DNA of 64,000 nt, taken from assembly GCA_965223845.1 (NCBI GenBank), contig CBDCXR010000004.1, positions 1-64,000 on the forward strand, in the 5' to 3' direction. Shown here piece by piece: positions 9,598 to 19,647 of this stretch. Every line of letters begins with the position of its first letter. Within the stretch, counting starts at the first letter, position 1. The position numbers were made by a program, and so were the translations under genes. Below the pieces are notes generated by a model, which searched no databases, had not been told where the DNA came from, and saw only the letters and a list, made by a program, of their open reading frames with translations. The DNA is from Planctomycetota bacterium (GTDB lineage: Bacteria > Planctomycetota > UBA8108 > SXIK01).

Positions 9598-10515
9598 GTG
9601 AACGAGCCGGATTCGCCCTCGCCGTCCGCGCCGCACGTGCCTGTGATGGCGACGCCGCTGCTCGACGTGCTTCGACCGGCGCGCGGCGAGATCTTCGTCG
9701 ACGCGACCGTGGGAGCCGGGGGGCATGCGGCGCTCCTCCTCGAGCGACTTGGCTCGGAGGGTCTCCTCATCGGGATCGATCGCGATCCGGATGCGCTCGC
9801 GCTCGCCTCCGCTTCGCTCGAAGCGACGGGGAATCCGTTCCGTCTCGTTCGCGGACGCTTTTCGGAGCTCCGTCGTCATCTCCGCGACCTCGGTCCCCCC
9901 GTTGAAAGTGGAGTCGACGGTGTCCTACTCGATCTCGGAGTCTCGTCGATGCAGCTCGATCGTCCCGAGCGCGGGTTCAGTTTCCTCCGCGACGGTCCGC
10001 TCGACATGCGCATGGACGCCGAGACGGGCGAACGCGCCGCCGAGCTGCTCCGCACCATCGAGCTCGCTGATCTCACGCGGCTTCTGCGCGAACTGGGCGA
10101 AGAACCGCGCGCCGCGCGCGTTGCTCGCGCGATCGTCGCCGCGCGACAGGCCGGCGACCTCGAGTCGACGGGCGACTTGCGCGACGCCGTCGAGTCGGTC
10201 GTCTCGCGACAACCGGGCAAGGTGCATCCCGCAACGAGAACGTTTCAGGCAATTCGGATCGCCGTCAACCGCGAGCTCGACGAGCTCCGTGCCGCGCTCG
10301 CGGATCTCGATCGGGTGGTTCGACCGGGTGGACGCGTCGCCGTCCTCTCCTACCATTCGCTCGAGGATCGCATCGTCAAACGCTGGCTCGCCGGAGCCGA
10401 GAGCGACGGGTTCTTCATCGCGCAGCGTCCGCTCATCCGTCGTCCGGACGACGAGGAAATCTCGCGCAATCCTCGCGCCCGGAGCGCTCGTCTCCGCGCG
10501 GCGGTGCGAGCGTGA
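9598..10515 (+). CDS. rsmH: 16S rRNA m4C1402 methyltransferase RsmH
   Basis: HVPVM, DATVGAGGH, DLGVSSMQLD..RGFSF, HPATRTFQAIRIAVN, NPRARSARLR. Confidence 0.97.
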   Translation: MNEPDSPSPSAPHVPVMATPLLDVLRPARGEIFVDATVGAGGHAALLLERLGSEGLLIGIDRDPDALALASASLEATGNPFRLVRGRFSELRRHLRDLGPPVESGVDGVLLDLGVSSMQLDRPERGFSFLRDGPLDMRMDAETGERAAELLRTIELADLTRLLRELGEEPRAARVARAIVAARQAGDLESTGDLRDAVESVVSRQPGKVHPATRTFQAIRIAVNRELDELRAALADLDRVVRPGGRVAVLSYHSLEDRIVKRWLAGAESDGFFIAQRPLIRRPDDEEISRNPRARSARLRAAVRA

Positions 10516-10536
10516 GCGCCGATCTCGAGGAGGCGA

Positions 10537-10938
10537 GTGATGGCCCCGGGAGTGCGTGCGTTTCTCCTCAGCGTGGTGCTGCTCACGATCGGGCTCGCCG
10601 CCGTTTTCGTCGAGGTCGAAACTCTCCGGAGCGGGGAGCGCATCCGCCAGATTCTTCTCGAGACGGACGAGCGCCGCGAGCGGGTGAGACGCGCCGAAAC
10701 TGCCGTTCGCCGCGCACTGAGCCCCGACCTCCTCGTGCGGGAAGTCGAGGAGGAGTTCGAGGCGCGCGAGGCTGAAGAGCGCGGGCGTTTGCGCGCGCTC
10801 GAGACTTCGACCGACGAGGGTGGAGACGCAGTAGGCGATCCGCCTCGCGAGGGGCGTCCCGTCGCATCGCTCGGAGACGAGCGTCCGGCCCCGGGGCGAG
10901 GGGATCGAAGGCGGCGGCGGTGGAAACTCCAGCCGTGA
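10537..10938 (+). CDS. ftsL: FtsL-like bitopic coiled-coil protein
   Basis: N-terminal TM helix plus coiled coil; position between rsmH and ftsI. Confidence 0.6.
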   Translation: MMAPGVRAFLLSVVLLTIGLAAVFVEVETLRSGERIRQILLETDERRERVRRAETAVRRALSPDLLVREVEEEFEAREAEERGRLRALETSTDEGGDAVGDPPREGRPVASLGDERPAPGRGDRRRRRWKLQP

Positions 10939-10979
10939 CGCGGCGCGAACTAGGCTAGGACCAAGGACGGAGAGGAGCG

Positions 10980-12851
10980 ATGGGACGGAGACGACGGCGA
11001 GCGGACGGGCCGAAACAAGATCCGTCCGCGGTCGAGCGAGTACGGCGATCCCTTCGAATTCGACTCGTCACGGCGGCGGTGTGCGCATCGATCGGGTTTG
11101 CGGTCCTCGCCGGACGGCTCTACTCGATTCAGGTCGGAGACCACGAGCGGTTTCGCGCCTCCGCCGAGAACATGCACACGCGCCGCGAGCCCGTCCTCGC
11201 GCACCGCGGAGATATTCTGACGCGCGACGGAGTGATCCTCGCGCGGAACGAGCTCGTTTTCGACATCGCGATCGATCCCTCGCGCATCGCGCCGGAGCGA
11301 ATCGGTCCCGTCGTCGACGCGATCTGCGAGACACTCGGAACGAGCGCCGAGTACCGGCGCGAGCGCGCGGTCCTCGCCCGACAGTACGCCGAGCGAGGAA
11401 GACAGTTTCTCTCGCTCGGTCGATCGGTCGCGCGAGACGTGGCCCGGCGCGTTCGTCCCGCCGTGATCGAGGCGGTGAAGAGCGCGAACCCGCTCGCGGT
11501 GATCGTCGAGCGCCGGAGCGAGCGGAGGTACCCGCGCGGAGCGTTTGCGGCGTCCGTCGTCGGGGTGAGCGACCGCGAGGAGCGCGGAGTCGAGGGGCTC
11601 GAGCGGGCGTTCGACGCCTACCTCGCGCCGAAGGACGGGACGCGCGAGGTCCAAGTGGGGGCTCACCCGGCGAGTGCGCGCGCGTTTCGCCCCGGAAATG
11701 GCTACGTGGCAGCCGTCCCCGGTTACGACGTCGTGACGACGATCGACAGTCGCCTCCAGTCCATCGTCGAGACGCAGCTCGAGTGGGGGGTGAAGCGCAT
11801 GCGCGCGCAGGGCGGCGTCTGCATCGTCCTCGACTGTCGACACGGCGACATTCTCGCGCTCGCGAACTACCCGACCTACGATCCGAACCAATACGAAAAG
11901 TACCCCGAGCGCGAACGCGCCAAGCGGCGGCGGAACCGCGCCGTCGAGGATGCTTACGAGCCGGGTTCGGTCGTGAAGGGATTCATCCTCGCGAAGGTCC
12001 TCGAGCACGGCGTCGCCGCGCGCCACGAGCGCATTCGGTCGATTCTCCCCGCCGGCGTGCGCTGGGACGGAGGGAAGCGCGCCGTGTTCGGCCGCCGCCC
12101 GGTTACCGACGTGCACGCGCATCCCGGCATGACGGTCGAGCAGGCGCTCTACCAGTCGTCGAACATCGGCATGTCGGCGCTCGGCATTCGCCTCGGTCGC
12201 GCTCGGATGGTGGAGATGCTCGACGCCTTCGGCTTCGGTCGACCGACCGGCGTGCTCCTCCCCGCGGAGGTGAACGGTCGCTACCAACCGCCCGAGGAGT
12301 GGAAGCCGTTCCAGTCGATCGTCTCGCTCTCGTTCGGATACGCGGTGATGGTCTCGCCCGTTCAGCTCGCGTCGGCATTCGCGGCGCTCGTTAACGGCGG
12401 GAAGCTTCTTCGGCCGCGCATCGTCGATCGCGTCGAGCGCGATGGCATCGTCCACCGGTTTCCCCGCGGGGAAACCGTCGGGCGGCCGATCTCCGAGGAC
12501 GTTTCGCGTCAAATGCGCGAGATCCTCGCGAAGGTCATCGAGGACGACGAAGGGACCGCGAAGTGGATCCGCGTCGAGGGGTTTCGCTTCGGTGGGAAGA
12601 CCGGCACGGCGGACATCGCGACCAATGGTCGGTACACGAAGACGAACTATCTTGCGTCCTTCGAGGCGTTCGCGCCGGTCGACGATCCAGAGGTCGTCGT
12701 CCTCTGCATGATCGAGAAGCCGCGGGATTCGATCTACGGCGGGATGGTGAGCGGTCCGGTGGTCGTCCAGATCCTGCGGCACATGTACCGTGTCGACGAG
12801 GTGTGTCGACTCGAAAAAATGGGTGCGGCGGGGCCGTGGATCGGTTGGTGA
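10980..12851 (+). CDS. ftsI: Class B penicillin-binding protein (FtsI/PBP3)
   Basis: RGDILTRDG, RRYPRG, GLE, YEPGSVVK (SxxK), SSN, KTGT. Confidence 0.93.
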   Translation: MGRRRRRADGPKQDPSAVERVRRSLRIRLVTAAVCASIGFAVLAGRLYSIQVGDHERFRASAENMHTRREPVLAHRGDILTRDGVILARNELVFDIAIDPSRIAPERIGPVVDAICETLGTSAEYRRERAVLARQYAERGRQFLSLGRSVARDVARRVRPAVIEAVKSANPLAVIVERRSERRYPRGAFAASVVGVSDREERGVEGLERAFDAYLAPKDGTREVQVGAHPASARAFRPGNGYVAAVPGYDVVTTIDSRLQSIVETQLEWGVKRMRAQGGVCIVLDCRHGDILALANYPTYDPNQYEKYPERERAKRRRNRAVEDAYEPGSVVKGFILAKVLEHGVAARHERIRSILPAGVRWDGGKRAVFGRRPVTDVHAHPGMTVEQALYQSSNIGMSALGIRLGRARMVEMLDAFGFGRPTGVLLPAEVNGRYQPPEEWKPFQSIVSLSFGYAVMVSPVQLASAFAALVNGGKLLRPRIVDRVERDGIVHRFPRGETVGRPISEDVSRQMREILAKVIEDDEGTAKWIRVEGFRFGGKTGTADIATNGRYTKTNYLASFEAFAPVDDPEVVVLCMIEKPRDSIYGGMVSGPVVVQILRHMYRVDEVCRLEKMGAAGPWIGW

Positions 12852-12970
12852 AGATCCGAATGGTGAGGCGCATCGAGGCGGTGGATCGACGATCGAAGCG
12901 CGGATAGGATTCAGGGACTAACGAACGCGGGCGAGCCTGCGAGCTCGGTCCGCGCTCGGTAGAGAAGTGA

Positions 12971-14479
12971 GTGGAGAGAATCAGCATGCGTCTCAAGGAG
13001 CTGGGAGACGGCTGCCTGCGCGTGCCGTCGGACCTCCAGGACGTGGAGGTGACGGGGCTGACGTGTGATTCGCGCTGCGTCAAGCCGGGCTGGGCGTTCG
13101 TCGCCGTCGACGGGGAGTGCGTCGACGGACATCGATTCGTGCGTCGCGCGGTTTCCGCTGGAGCTAGCATCGTCGTCGGGGAACGGCCGCGGCAGCGGCG
13201 CGCGAACGGAGTGGGCGATGCGGTCGATCGGACGATCCGCTCGCTGCGCGTGCCGTATCTTCGCGTCGCCGACTCGCGCGCGGCGCTGGGTTACCTGAGC
13301 TCGAACTTCTACGGGCGAGCCCACGAGAAAGTGCGCGTCGTCGGCGTGACGGGCACGAAAGGAAAGACGACGACGGCGTGGCTGCTCGACGCGATCTTTC
13401 GCGCGTCCGGGGTCGTGTCGGGGCTTCTCGGCACGGTCCACAATCGAATCGGGGGCAGTGTCCGATCGGCACGGAATACGACCCCGTCGAGCCTCGAGCT
13501 GCATCGCTACCTCTACGAGCTCGTCCGCTCGGGCGGAACTCACGCCGTCATGGAGGTCTCGTCGCACGGCATCGCACAGCGACGGACCGCGGGACTCGAG
13601 TTCGACGCTGCCGTGTTTACGAACATCGCGCCCGAGCACCTCGATTACCACGGGACGTTCGAAGACTATCTCGCGACGAAGGTGAAGCTCTTCGAGACTC
13701 TCCGCCCGGACGCCTACGCGATCCTGCCCCGCGATGAGGACGCATCGGCGCGGATTCAGCGTGCGACCCCCGCCCGCGTCGTTTGGTTCAGCGATCGTCC
13801 CGACGACGGCGTGGAGGACATCCGGAGCGGTATCGGCGGCACCAGCTTTCTCTGGAAGGGACGCCGCGTCGAAACTCCGCTCGTCGGAGCGCACAACCTC
13901 CTCAACCTTCTCGGAGCGATGACTGCGGCCGAGTGTATCGGGATCGCGCCCGACACCATCGCCCAAGCGGCGCGAGCCGCTGCCGCGCCTCCGGGGCGAC
14001 TCGAGGAGATCCCCTCGGGGCGCGGCTTCCGCGTCTTCGTCGATTACGCGCACACCGACGGTTCCCTCGAGGCCGTCCTCCGCGCGCTCCGACCGCTCAC
14101 GCCCGGCCGGATCATCACGGTCTTCGGTTGCGGCGGCGACCGCGATCGCGGCAAGCGCCCGCGGATGGGGCAAGTCGCCGAGAAAGGCTCGGACCACCTC
14201 GTCGTCACCTCGGACAACCCGCGGTCGGAGGATCCCGAAGCGATCCTCGACGACATTCGCGCCGGCCTCGAGCGGCCCGACGAGACGGTGTTCGAACCGG
14301 ATCGCCGCGCCGCGATCGCGCTCGGCATCCGCATGGCGCGTCCGCACGACGCCGTTCTCCTCGCTGGCAAGGGGCACGAAACCTACCAGGAGATTCAGGG
14401 CGAGCGCACTCACTTCGATGACCGCGAGGTGGCGCGGGAGTTTCTCGCGGAGCTGAGTGTGGGGATCGAAACGGTATGA
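12971..14479 (+). CDS. murE: UDP-MurNAc-tripeptide synthetase MurE (meso-DAP type)
   Basis: GVTGTKGKTTT, MEVSSHG, EHLDYH, VDYAHT, DNPR, GKGHETYQ. Confidence 0.96.
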   Translation: MERISMRLKELGDGCLRVPSDLQDVEVTGLTCDSRCVKPGWAFVAVDGECVDGHRFVRRAVSAGASIVVGERPRQRRANGVGDAVDRTIRSLRVPYLRVADSRAALGYLSSNFYGRAHEKVRVVGVTGTKGKTTTAWLLDAIFRASGVVSGLLGTVHNRIGGSVRSARNTTPSSLELHRYLYELVRSGGTHAVMEVSSHGIAQRRTAGLEFDAAVFTNIAPEHLDYHGTFEDYLATKVKLFETLRPDAYAILPRDEDASARIQRATPARVVWFSDRPDDGVEDIRSGIGGTSFLWKGRRVETPLVGAHNLLNLLGAMTAAECIGIAPDTIAQAARAAAAPPGRLEEIPSGRGFRVFVDYAHTDGSLEAVLRALRPLTPGRIITVFGCGGDRDRGKRPRMGQVAEKGSDHLVVTSDNPRSEDPEAILDDIRAGLERPDETVFEPDRRAAIALGIRMARPHDAVLLAGKGHETYQEIQGERTHFDDREVAREFLAELSVGIETV

Positions 14480-16107
14480 AGCCACTCGGCCTGCGCGCCC
14501 TGCTTCCCATCGTCGGCGGCCGGTGGACCGGCTCGGATCCGATTCCCGAAGGCCTCGTCTCCGGGTTCTCCACCGACACTCGCACGCTCTCCGGGCGCCC
14601 ACTCTTCTTCGCGCTCGAAGGCGAGCAACGCGACGGGCACGAGTTCGTCCGCGCGGCGCACGCGCGGGGAGCGATCGCATCGGTCGTCGCCGCGCATCGC
14701 GTGCGGGATTTGCCGGCGCAGGCCGGTCCGTACGTCGTCGTCGACGATCCACTCAACGCCCTGGAGCGATGGGCGAAGTGGAATCGCGATCAGATCGATC
14801 CGATCGTGGTCGGAGTGACGGGAAGCGTAGGAAAAACGAGTGTAAAGGAGTTCCTCGGAACGCTGCTGAGCGATCGGTTCAGCGTCGCGATCGCTCCGAA
14901 GAGCTACAACAACCGGCTCGGGGTCGCGACGACGCTTCTCTCGGTCGCGCCGGAAACGGAGATTCTCGTCGCGGAGCTCGGTACGAGCGGACCGGGGGAG
15001 CTCGCGTATCTCTCACGGTTGGTCCGCCCCGACCACCTCGTCATCACCGAGATCGCGCCCGCTCATCTCGACGGACTGAGAGATCTCGACGGAGTCGTTC
15101 GGGCGAAGGCGGAGATCTTCGACGGCCAAAATCCCGGAGGCTGGACGTTTGTTCGCCGCGGGATCTACGGCTTCGACACGTTCCGCGCGCGCACGCGCGG
15201 GCCGATGTGCCTCTTCGGTCGTCACGACGACCTCGAATGGGACGGAGAGCGCGCGCACGGCGCGGAGTCGGCCGGGGTCGTCGTCGATGCGAGCTACACT
15301 GTGAGCGACTGCGTCCGCGTCGGGCTCGGCGACCCGCGCTCGATCAACGGTGCGCGCGCCTACGGGTATCATTTTTCCGTCGACGATCGAGAGAACTTTC
15401 TCCTCCCCGTCCCCGGGGCGCACAACGTGACGAACGCACTCGCCGCGATGTGCGTCGCACACAAGCTCGGAATGGACTGGTCGGAGCTGCGTGCGGCGCT
15501 CTGCCTCTGTCGTCTCCCGCCCCTGCGCTTTCAGGTCGTCGAAGTCCGCGGCGTCCTTTTCCTCAACGACTCCTACAACGCCAATCCCCGCAGCATGCGG
15601 GCCGCGATCGAGGAGTGGCGCGATCTCGCCGCAGCGATCCCGAGTCCGAATCGCCTGAAGAGTCGGACGGATCTCGCCGGGTCGTCCCGCCGCCGATCGA
15701 GATCGAGGCAGCCCGGCCCGGTCGCGGTGCTCGGCGACATGTGCGAACTCGGGGCGCGCTCGCGAGTGCTTCACGAGGAGATCGGGGAGCTCCTCATCGA
15801 AAGCGGCGCGCGCTTGATCGTGACCGTGGGTACGGACAGCCGCTGGATCGCGGAGTCGTACCGGCAGCTCGGCGGCAGAGGGATCACGCGACACTTCGCC
15901 GACGCGCGGGGCGCGGCGGACTTCCTCAAGGAGAACGTTCGCGCCGGCGATCACGTCCTCATCAAGGGCTCGCGCGCGATCGGACTCGAGCGAGTGTTCG
16001 ACGCGACGATGCGGTGGGTGAAGCACCGCGGCGCGGACGCGAAGGGCGTCCGTCGCGCGGCTTCCGCCGCCGCGCCCGCGGGCGAGTCCGGGGAGAGCAG
16101 GCCATGA
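14476..16107 (+). CDS. murF: UDP-MurNAc-pentapeptide synthetase MurF
   Basis: GVTGSVGKTSVKE, SYNNRLG, NDSYNANP, LGDMCELG, IKGSR; ATGA overlap with murE. Confidence 0.95.
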   Translation: MKPLGLRALLPIVGGRWTGSDPIPEGLVSGFSTDTRTLSGRPLFFALEGEQRDGHEFVRAAHARGAIASVVAAHRVRDLPAQAGPYVVVDDPLNALERWAKWNRDQIDPIVVGVTGSVGKTSVKEFLGTLLSDRFSVAIAPKSYNNRLGVATTLLSVAPETEILVAELGTSGPGELAYLSRLVRPDHLVITEIAPAHLDGLRDLDGVVRAKAEIFDGQNPGGWTFVRRGIYGFDTFRARTRGPMCLFGRHDDLEWDGERAHGAESAGVVVDASYTVSDCVRVGLGDPRSINGARAYGYHFSVDDRENFLLPVPGAHNVTNALAAMCVAHKLGMDWSELRAALCLCRLPPLRFQVVEVRGVLFLNDSYNANPRSMRAAIEEWRDLAAAIPSPNRLKSRTDLAGSSRRRSRSRQPGPVAVLGDMCELGARSRVLHEEIGELLIESGARLIVTVGTDSRWIAESYRQLGGRGITRHFADARGAADFLKENVRAGDHVLIKGSRAIGLERVFDATMRWVKHRGADAKGVRRAASAAAPAGESGESRP

Positions 16108-17207
16108 TTGCCATCCTCCTCGAGCGCTGGTGGGAGGGTACGCTCGAACCGCTCGTTCGCGCCGCGGGAGCACTCGTCTGCGCTCTCGCGATCGCGCTCG
16201 CGACCGGTCCGCTCCTCATCCGTCGTCTGCGCGAAGGTCGCGTTCACGACCGAGTGCAAAAAGGGGATTCGGCGCGACTCGACGAGCTCAGTGCGCACAA
16301 AGAGAAGACCCCGACGCTCGGGGGGCTCTTCTTCTTCGGCGCGGTCGTCGCATCGATCGTTCTTTGGTGTCGACTCGATACGCTCGCGCCGTGGCTCGCC
16401 GTCGGCGTGATCGTCGCGCTCGGAGGTCTCGGTCTCGTCGACGATCTCGCGAAGCTCCGTTCGGGGCGAAAGGGCATTTCCGCGCGGGCGAAGCTCGCCG
16501 GTCAAATCGCGGTTTCGCTCACCGCGGCGTCGATTCTCTACGCCTTCGGGCCAGCGGTGCGCTTCGGCGCGGAGGGCGCGGCGGCGGATGTCGGCGGGAC
16601 AGTCCTCTTCGTACCGGTCGTCCACCACGTGATCGTGCTCGGATGGGTCTGGATCCTCCTCGCGACGTTTGTCACGACCGGCGCCTCGAACGCGGTCAAT
16701 CTGACCGACGGGCTCGATGGACTCGCGGTCGGCTGCAGCCTCATCGTCGCCGGAGTGCTCGCTCTCGCCGCCTTCGCGGGTGGTGAGGCAGCGACCGCCG
16801 GGCGACTCGCCGTGCCGCACGTCGCGGGTGCGGGAGAACTCGGCGTCGTGCTCGCGGCGGTCATCGGCGGTGGCTTCGGCTTCCTCTGGTTCAACTGCCA
16901 TCCGGCCCGCGTGTTCATGGGCGACACCGGGGCGCTTCCGCTCGGCGGGCTCCTCGGGTTCTCGGCCGTGTTTCTCCGGCAGGAGGTCCTTCTCGCCGTC
17001 GCCGGGGGAGTGCTCGTCGTCGAGGCGCTCTCCGTCATTCTGCAGGTCGCCTCGTTCAAGCTCACGGGTCGGCGCATCTTCAAAATCGCGCCGCTCCATC
17101 ACCACTTTCAGTTCGGTGGGCTGCGCGAGACGCAGATCACCGTCCGGTTCTGGCTCACCGGCGCAGTTCTCGCCGTCGGTTCGCTCGTGATGTTGAGGCT
17201 GGGGTGA
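16104..17207 (+). CDS. mraY: Phospho-N-acetylmuramoyl-pentapeptide transferase MraY
   Basis: TPTLGG, DD, NAVNLTDGLDGL, FMGDTG, APLHHHF; C-terminal part of ORF 14457..17207. Confidence 0.96.
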   Translation: MIAILLERWWEGTLEPLVRAAGALVCALAIALATGPLLIRRLREGRVHDRVQKGDSARLDELSAHKEKTPTLGGLFFFGAVVASIVLWCRLDTLAPWLAVGVIVALGGLGLVDDLAKLRSGRKGISARAKLAGQIAVSLTAASILYAFGPAVRFGAEGAAADVGGTVLFVPVVHHVIVLGWVWILLATFVTTGASNAVNLTDGLDGLAVGCSLIVAGVLALAAFAGGEAATAGRLAVPHVAGAGELGVVLAAVIGGGFGFLWFNCHPARVFMGDTGALPLGGLLGFSAVFLRQEVLLAVAGGVLVVEALSVILQVASFKLTGRRIFKIAPLHHHFQFGGLRETQITVRFWLTGAVLAVGSLVMLRLG

Positions 17208-17252
17208 TGACGGCGATCGCGATGTCGCCGCCGAAGGGCGGGAGAGAACACC

Positions 17253-18437
17253 ATGGCTGACGCGAGTCTGAGCGAGAGAGTTGCGAGCGCACCGTCGCGC
17301 TGGTTCGCGCGGGCGTTCGGCAGCGAGATGTCGCGCACGCTCGTCATCACCTCGGTGTCGCTGCTCGTCTGCGTCGGTACGGTGATGGTGTTCAGCGCGG
17401 CGGCGTTCCACCGCGCGGCCGCCGGCGATCCGTTCTACTTCTTGCGGAAGCAGCTCGCGTGGGTCGCGATCGCGAGCCTCGTCGGCATCTTCTTCTATCA
17501 GATCGACTACCGGCTCCTCCGGCGCGTCTACTGGCCGGCGCTCGTCGCCGCGACACTGCTCCTCGCGCTCGTACTCCTCCCGCAGGTCGGCACGCTCGTC
17601 AATCAGTCGCGACGGTGGATTCGACTCGGTGGAGGACTTCAGTTTCAGCCATCGGAGCTAGCGAAACTCGTCGTCGTCCTCTTCGTCGCCGGCTACCTCG
17701 CGAACGATCCCCGACGCCCGCGGCAGTTCTTTCGCGGCTTCTGCGCGGTCAGCTTCTGCATCCTCCCCGCGTTTATCTTCATTCTTCTCGAGCCCGATTT
17801 CGGCACTGCGGTCTTCGTCCTCGGACTCGCGATGCTTCTTCTCCTCCTCGGTGGCGTTCCGATTCTCCACATGCTGACGAGCGTCGTCGTGTTTCTCCCG
17901 TTCATCGCGCTCGCGGCGTATTCTAGGTGGGAGCAGGTGACGCGTCGGGTGTTCGCGTTTCTCGAGCCGGAGCAGGAGTACCAGATGCTTCACTCGCTCA
18001 CCGCGCTCGGAACCGGGGGCTGGACCGGCGTCGGACTCGGCGAGAGCGGGCAGCGACTTCAGTTCCTACCGGAAGCACACACGGATTTCATCCTGGCGAT
18101 CATCGGCGAAGAGACGGGGCTCGTCGGCTGCACGGCGATCCTTCTTCTCTTCGTCTGCTTCATCTGGGGCGGCGTCGGTATCGTTTGGCGCGCGCGCGAT
18201 TACTTCGGCTTTCTTCTCGGGGCGGGAATCATCTTCGGGATCGGCGTTCAGGCGTTCCTGAACGTCGCCGTCGTGACGGCCAGCGCGCCGACGAAGGGGA
18301 TCGCACTACCGTTCGTGACCTTCGGGGGCTCGGGTCTCGTTATCGCGATGGCCCAAATCGGTCTCCTTCTCTCGATCGAGCGAGTCTGGCGGGAAGAGGC
18401 ACGATCGGACGGCTCGGCTGGAGCGGAGGCGGGATGA
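17253..18437 (+). CDS. ftsW: SEDS peptidoglycan glycosyltransferase FtsW
   Basis: RRWI..QPSELAK, EPDFGT, LPEAHTDFI..IIGEE, PTKGIALPFVTFGGS. Confidence 0.94.
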   Translation: MADASLSERVASAPSRWFARAFGSEMSRTLVITSVSLLVCVGTVMVFSAAAFHRAAAGDPFYFLRKQLAWVAIASLVGIFFYQIDYRLLRRVYWPALVAATLLLALVLLPQVGTLVNQSRRWIRLGGGLQFQPSELAKLVVVLFVAGYLANDPRRPRQFFRGFCAVSFCILPAFIFILLEPDFGTAVFVLGLAMLLLLLGGVPILHMLTSVVVFLPFIALAAYSRWEQVTRRVFAFLEPEQEYQMLHSLTALGTGGWTGVGLGESGQRLQFLPEAHTDFILAIIGEETGLVGCTAILLLFVCFIWGGVGIVWRARDYFGFLLGAGIIFGIGVQAFLNVAVVTASAPTKGIALPFVTFGGSGLVIAMAQIGLLLSIERVWREEARSDGSAGAEAG

Positions 18438-19642
18438 CGCACGCGTCGACCTCGACACGAACGCACCGAGACGATCCGAGCGCCCGGGACAGCGCCGCGA
18501 CTGCCCCCGCGCGGGCCGAAGCGGCGTCCGCACGCGAGCGTCGGCAAGCGCTCCGGTCGGTCGCGATGTTCGGCGGCGGGAGCGGAGGCCATCTGTTTCC
18601 GGGGATCGCCGTCGCGGAACGCCTCGTTTCGCGGTTTCCGGGATGCCGGGTCGTCTTCTACTCGAGTGGCCGTGACATCGAGCGGCGAATCCTCGGCGCC
18701 TCTCCGTTCGAAGCGCGCGCGCTCGCGATCCGTCCGCCCGGCCGAAGTCCGGCGGGCTGGGTGCGCTTTGCGCGGGCCGCATCCCGCGAGAGGCGGCGCA
18801 TCGAATCCGACCTCGTCGGGGACTGCGACGTCGCTTTCGGGCTCGGTGGCTACGCGTCCGTCCCCGGCATCCTCGCCGCGCGGCGCCTCGGCTGTCCGGT
18901 CGTCCTTCTCGAGCAGAACCGCGTCGCGGGTCGCGTGAACCGGCTTTTCGCCCGCCGCGTTGCGGCGATCGCCGCCCCGTGGAACGCGCGGGAGATCGCC
19001 TGCGGCGGCACGGTCGCGGTGACCGGAAACCCGGTTCGCCGCGACGTACTCGCGGCGGCCGAGTGTCGCCGCGAACGCGAGGCTGCGGCGGGGGAGGCGT
19101 CGGGCTCGAGACGCCGCGATCGAACCGTCGTGGTGGTCGGCGGGAGTCAGGGGGCGAGAGCGCTCAATCGACTCGTCATCGCCGCGCTCGAGGAGCTTTC
19201 GGACGTCGCGCGCGACTGGCGCTTCGTTCACATCGCCGGTGAAGCGGACCGGAACGCCGTGGCGCGCGCGTACGCCGAGGCAGGAATCCGCGCGGAGGTC
19301 GTCTCTTTCGCCTTCGATCTGCCGCAGCGCCTCGCCGAGGCCGATCTCGTCGTGTCGCGCGCCGGCGGGACGACCCTCGCGGAGCTCGCGGTGATGGGAG
19401 TCCCCTCGATCCTCGTCCCGTATCCTCACCATCGCGACCGCCACCAAGTGCGGAACGCCGAAGCGTTTGCGGAGGCCGGTGCCGCGCTCGCCGTCGCGGA
19501 GGGGGAATCGAGCGCGTTTACGAAGGCCCTGACTTCGACCCTCGCGCGCGCCGATCGCCGGGCCGTGTTGGCCGATCGAGCGCGTGCTCTCGGCCGTGCG
19601 GACGCGGCGGATGCCGTCATCGATCTGGTGCTGGAGCTCTGA
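18434..19642 (+). CDS. murG: Lipid II GlcNAc transferase MurG
   Basis: GGGSGGHLFPG, GGYAS, EQN, TGNPVR, GGSQGA, SRAGGTT, HQVRNA. Confidence 0.95.
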   Translation: MTHASTSTRTHRDDPSARDSAATAPARAEAASARERRQALRSVAMFGGGSGGHLFPGIAVAERLVSRFPGCRVVFYSSGRDIERRILGASPFEARALAIRPPGRSPAGWVRFARAASRERRRIESDLVGDCDVAFGLGGYASVPGILAARRLGCPVVLLEQNRVAGRVNRLFARRVAAIAAPWNAREIACGGTVAVTGNPVRRDVLAAAECRREREAAAGEASGSRRRDRTVVVVGGSQGARALNRLVIAALEELSDVARDWRFVHIAGEADRNAVARAYAEAGIRAEVVSFAFDLPQRLAEADLVVSRAGGTTLAELAVMGVPSILVPYPHHRDRHQVRNAEAFAEAGAALAVAEGESSAFTKALTSTLARADRRAVLADRARALGRADAADAVIDLVLEL

Positions 19643-19647
19643 AGCAG

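Noticed and set aside
14457-17207. 916-aa ORF suggesting a MraY fusion
   Set aside because: The N-terminal 549 codons overlap murF out of frame; the real start is ATG 16104
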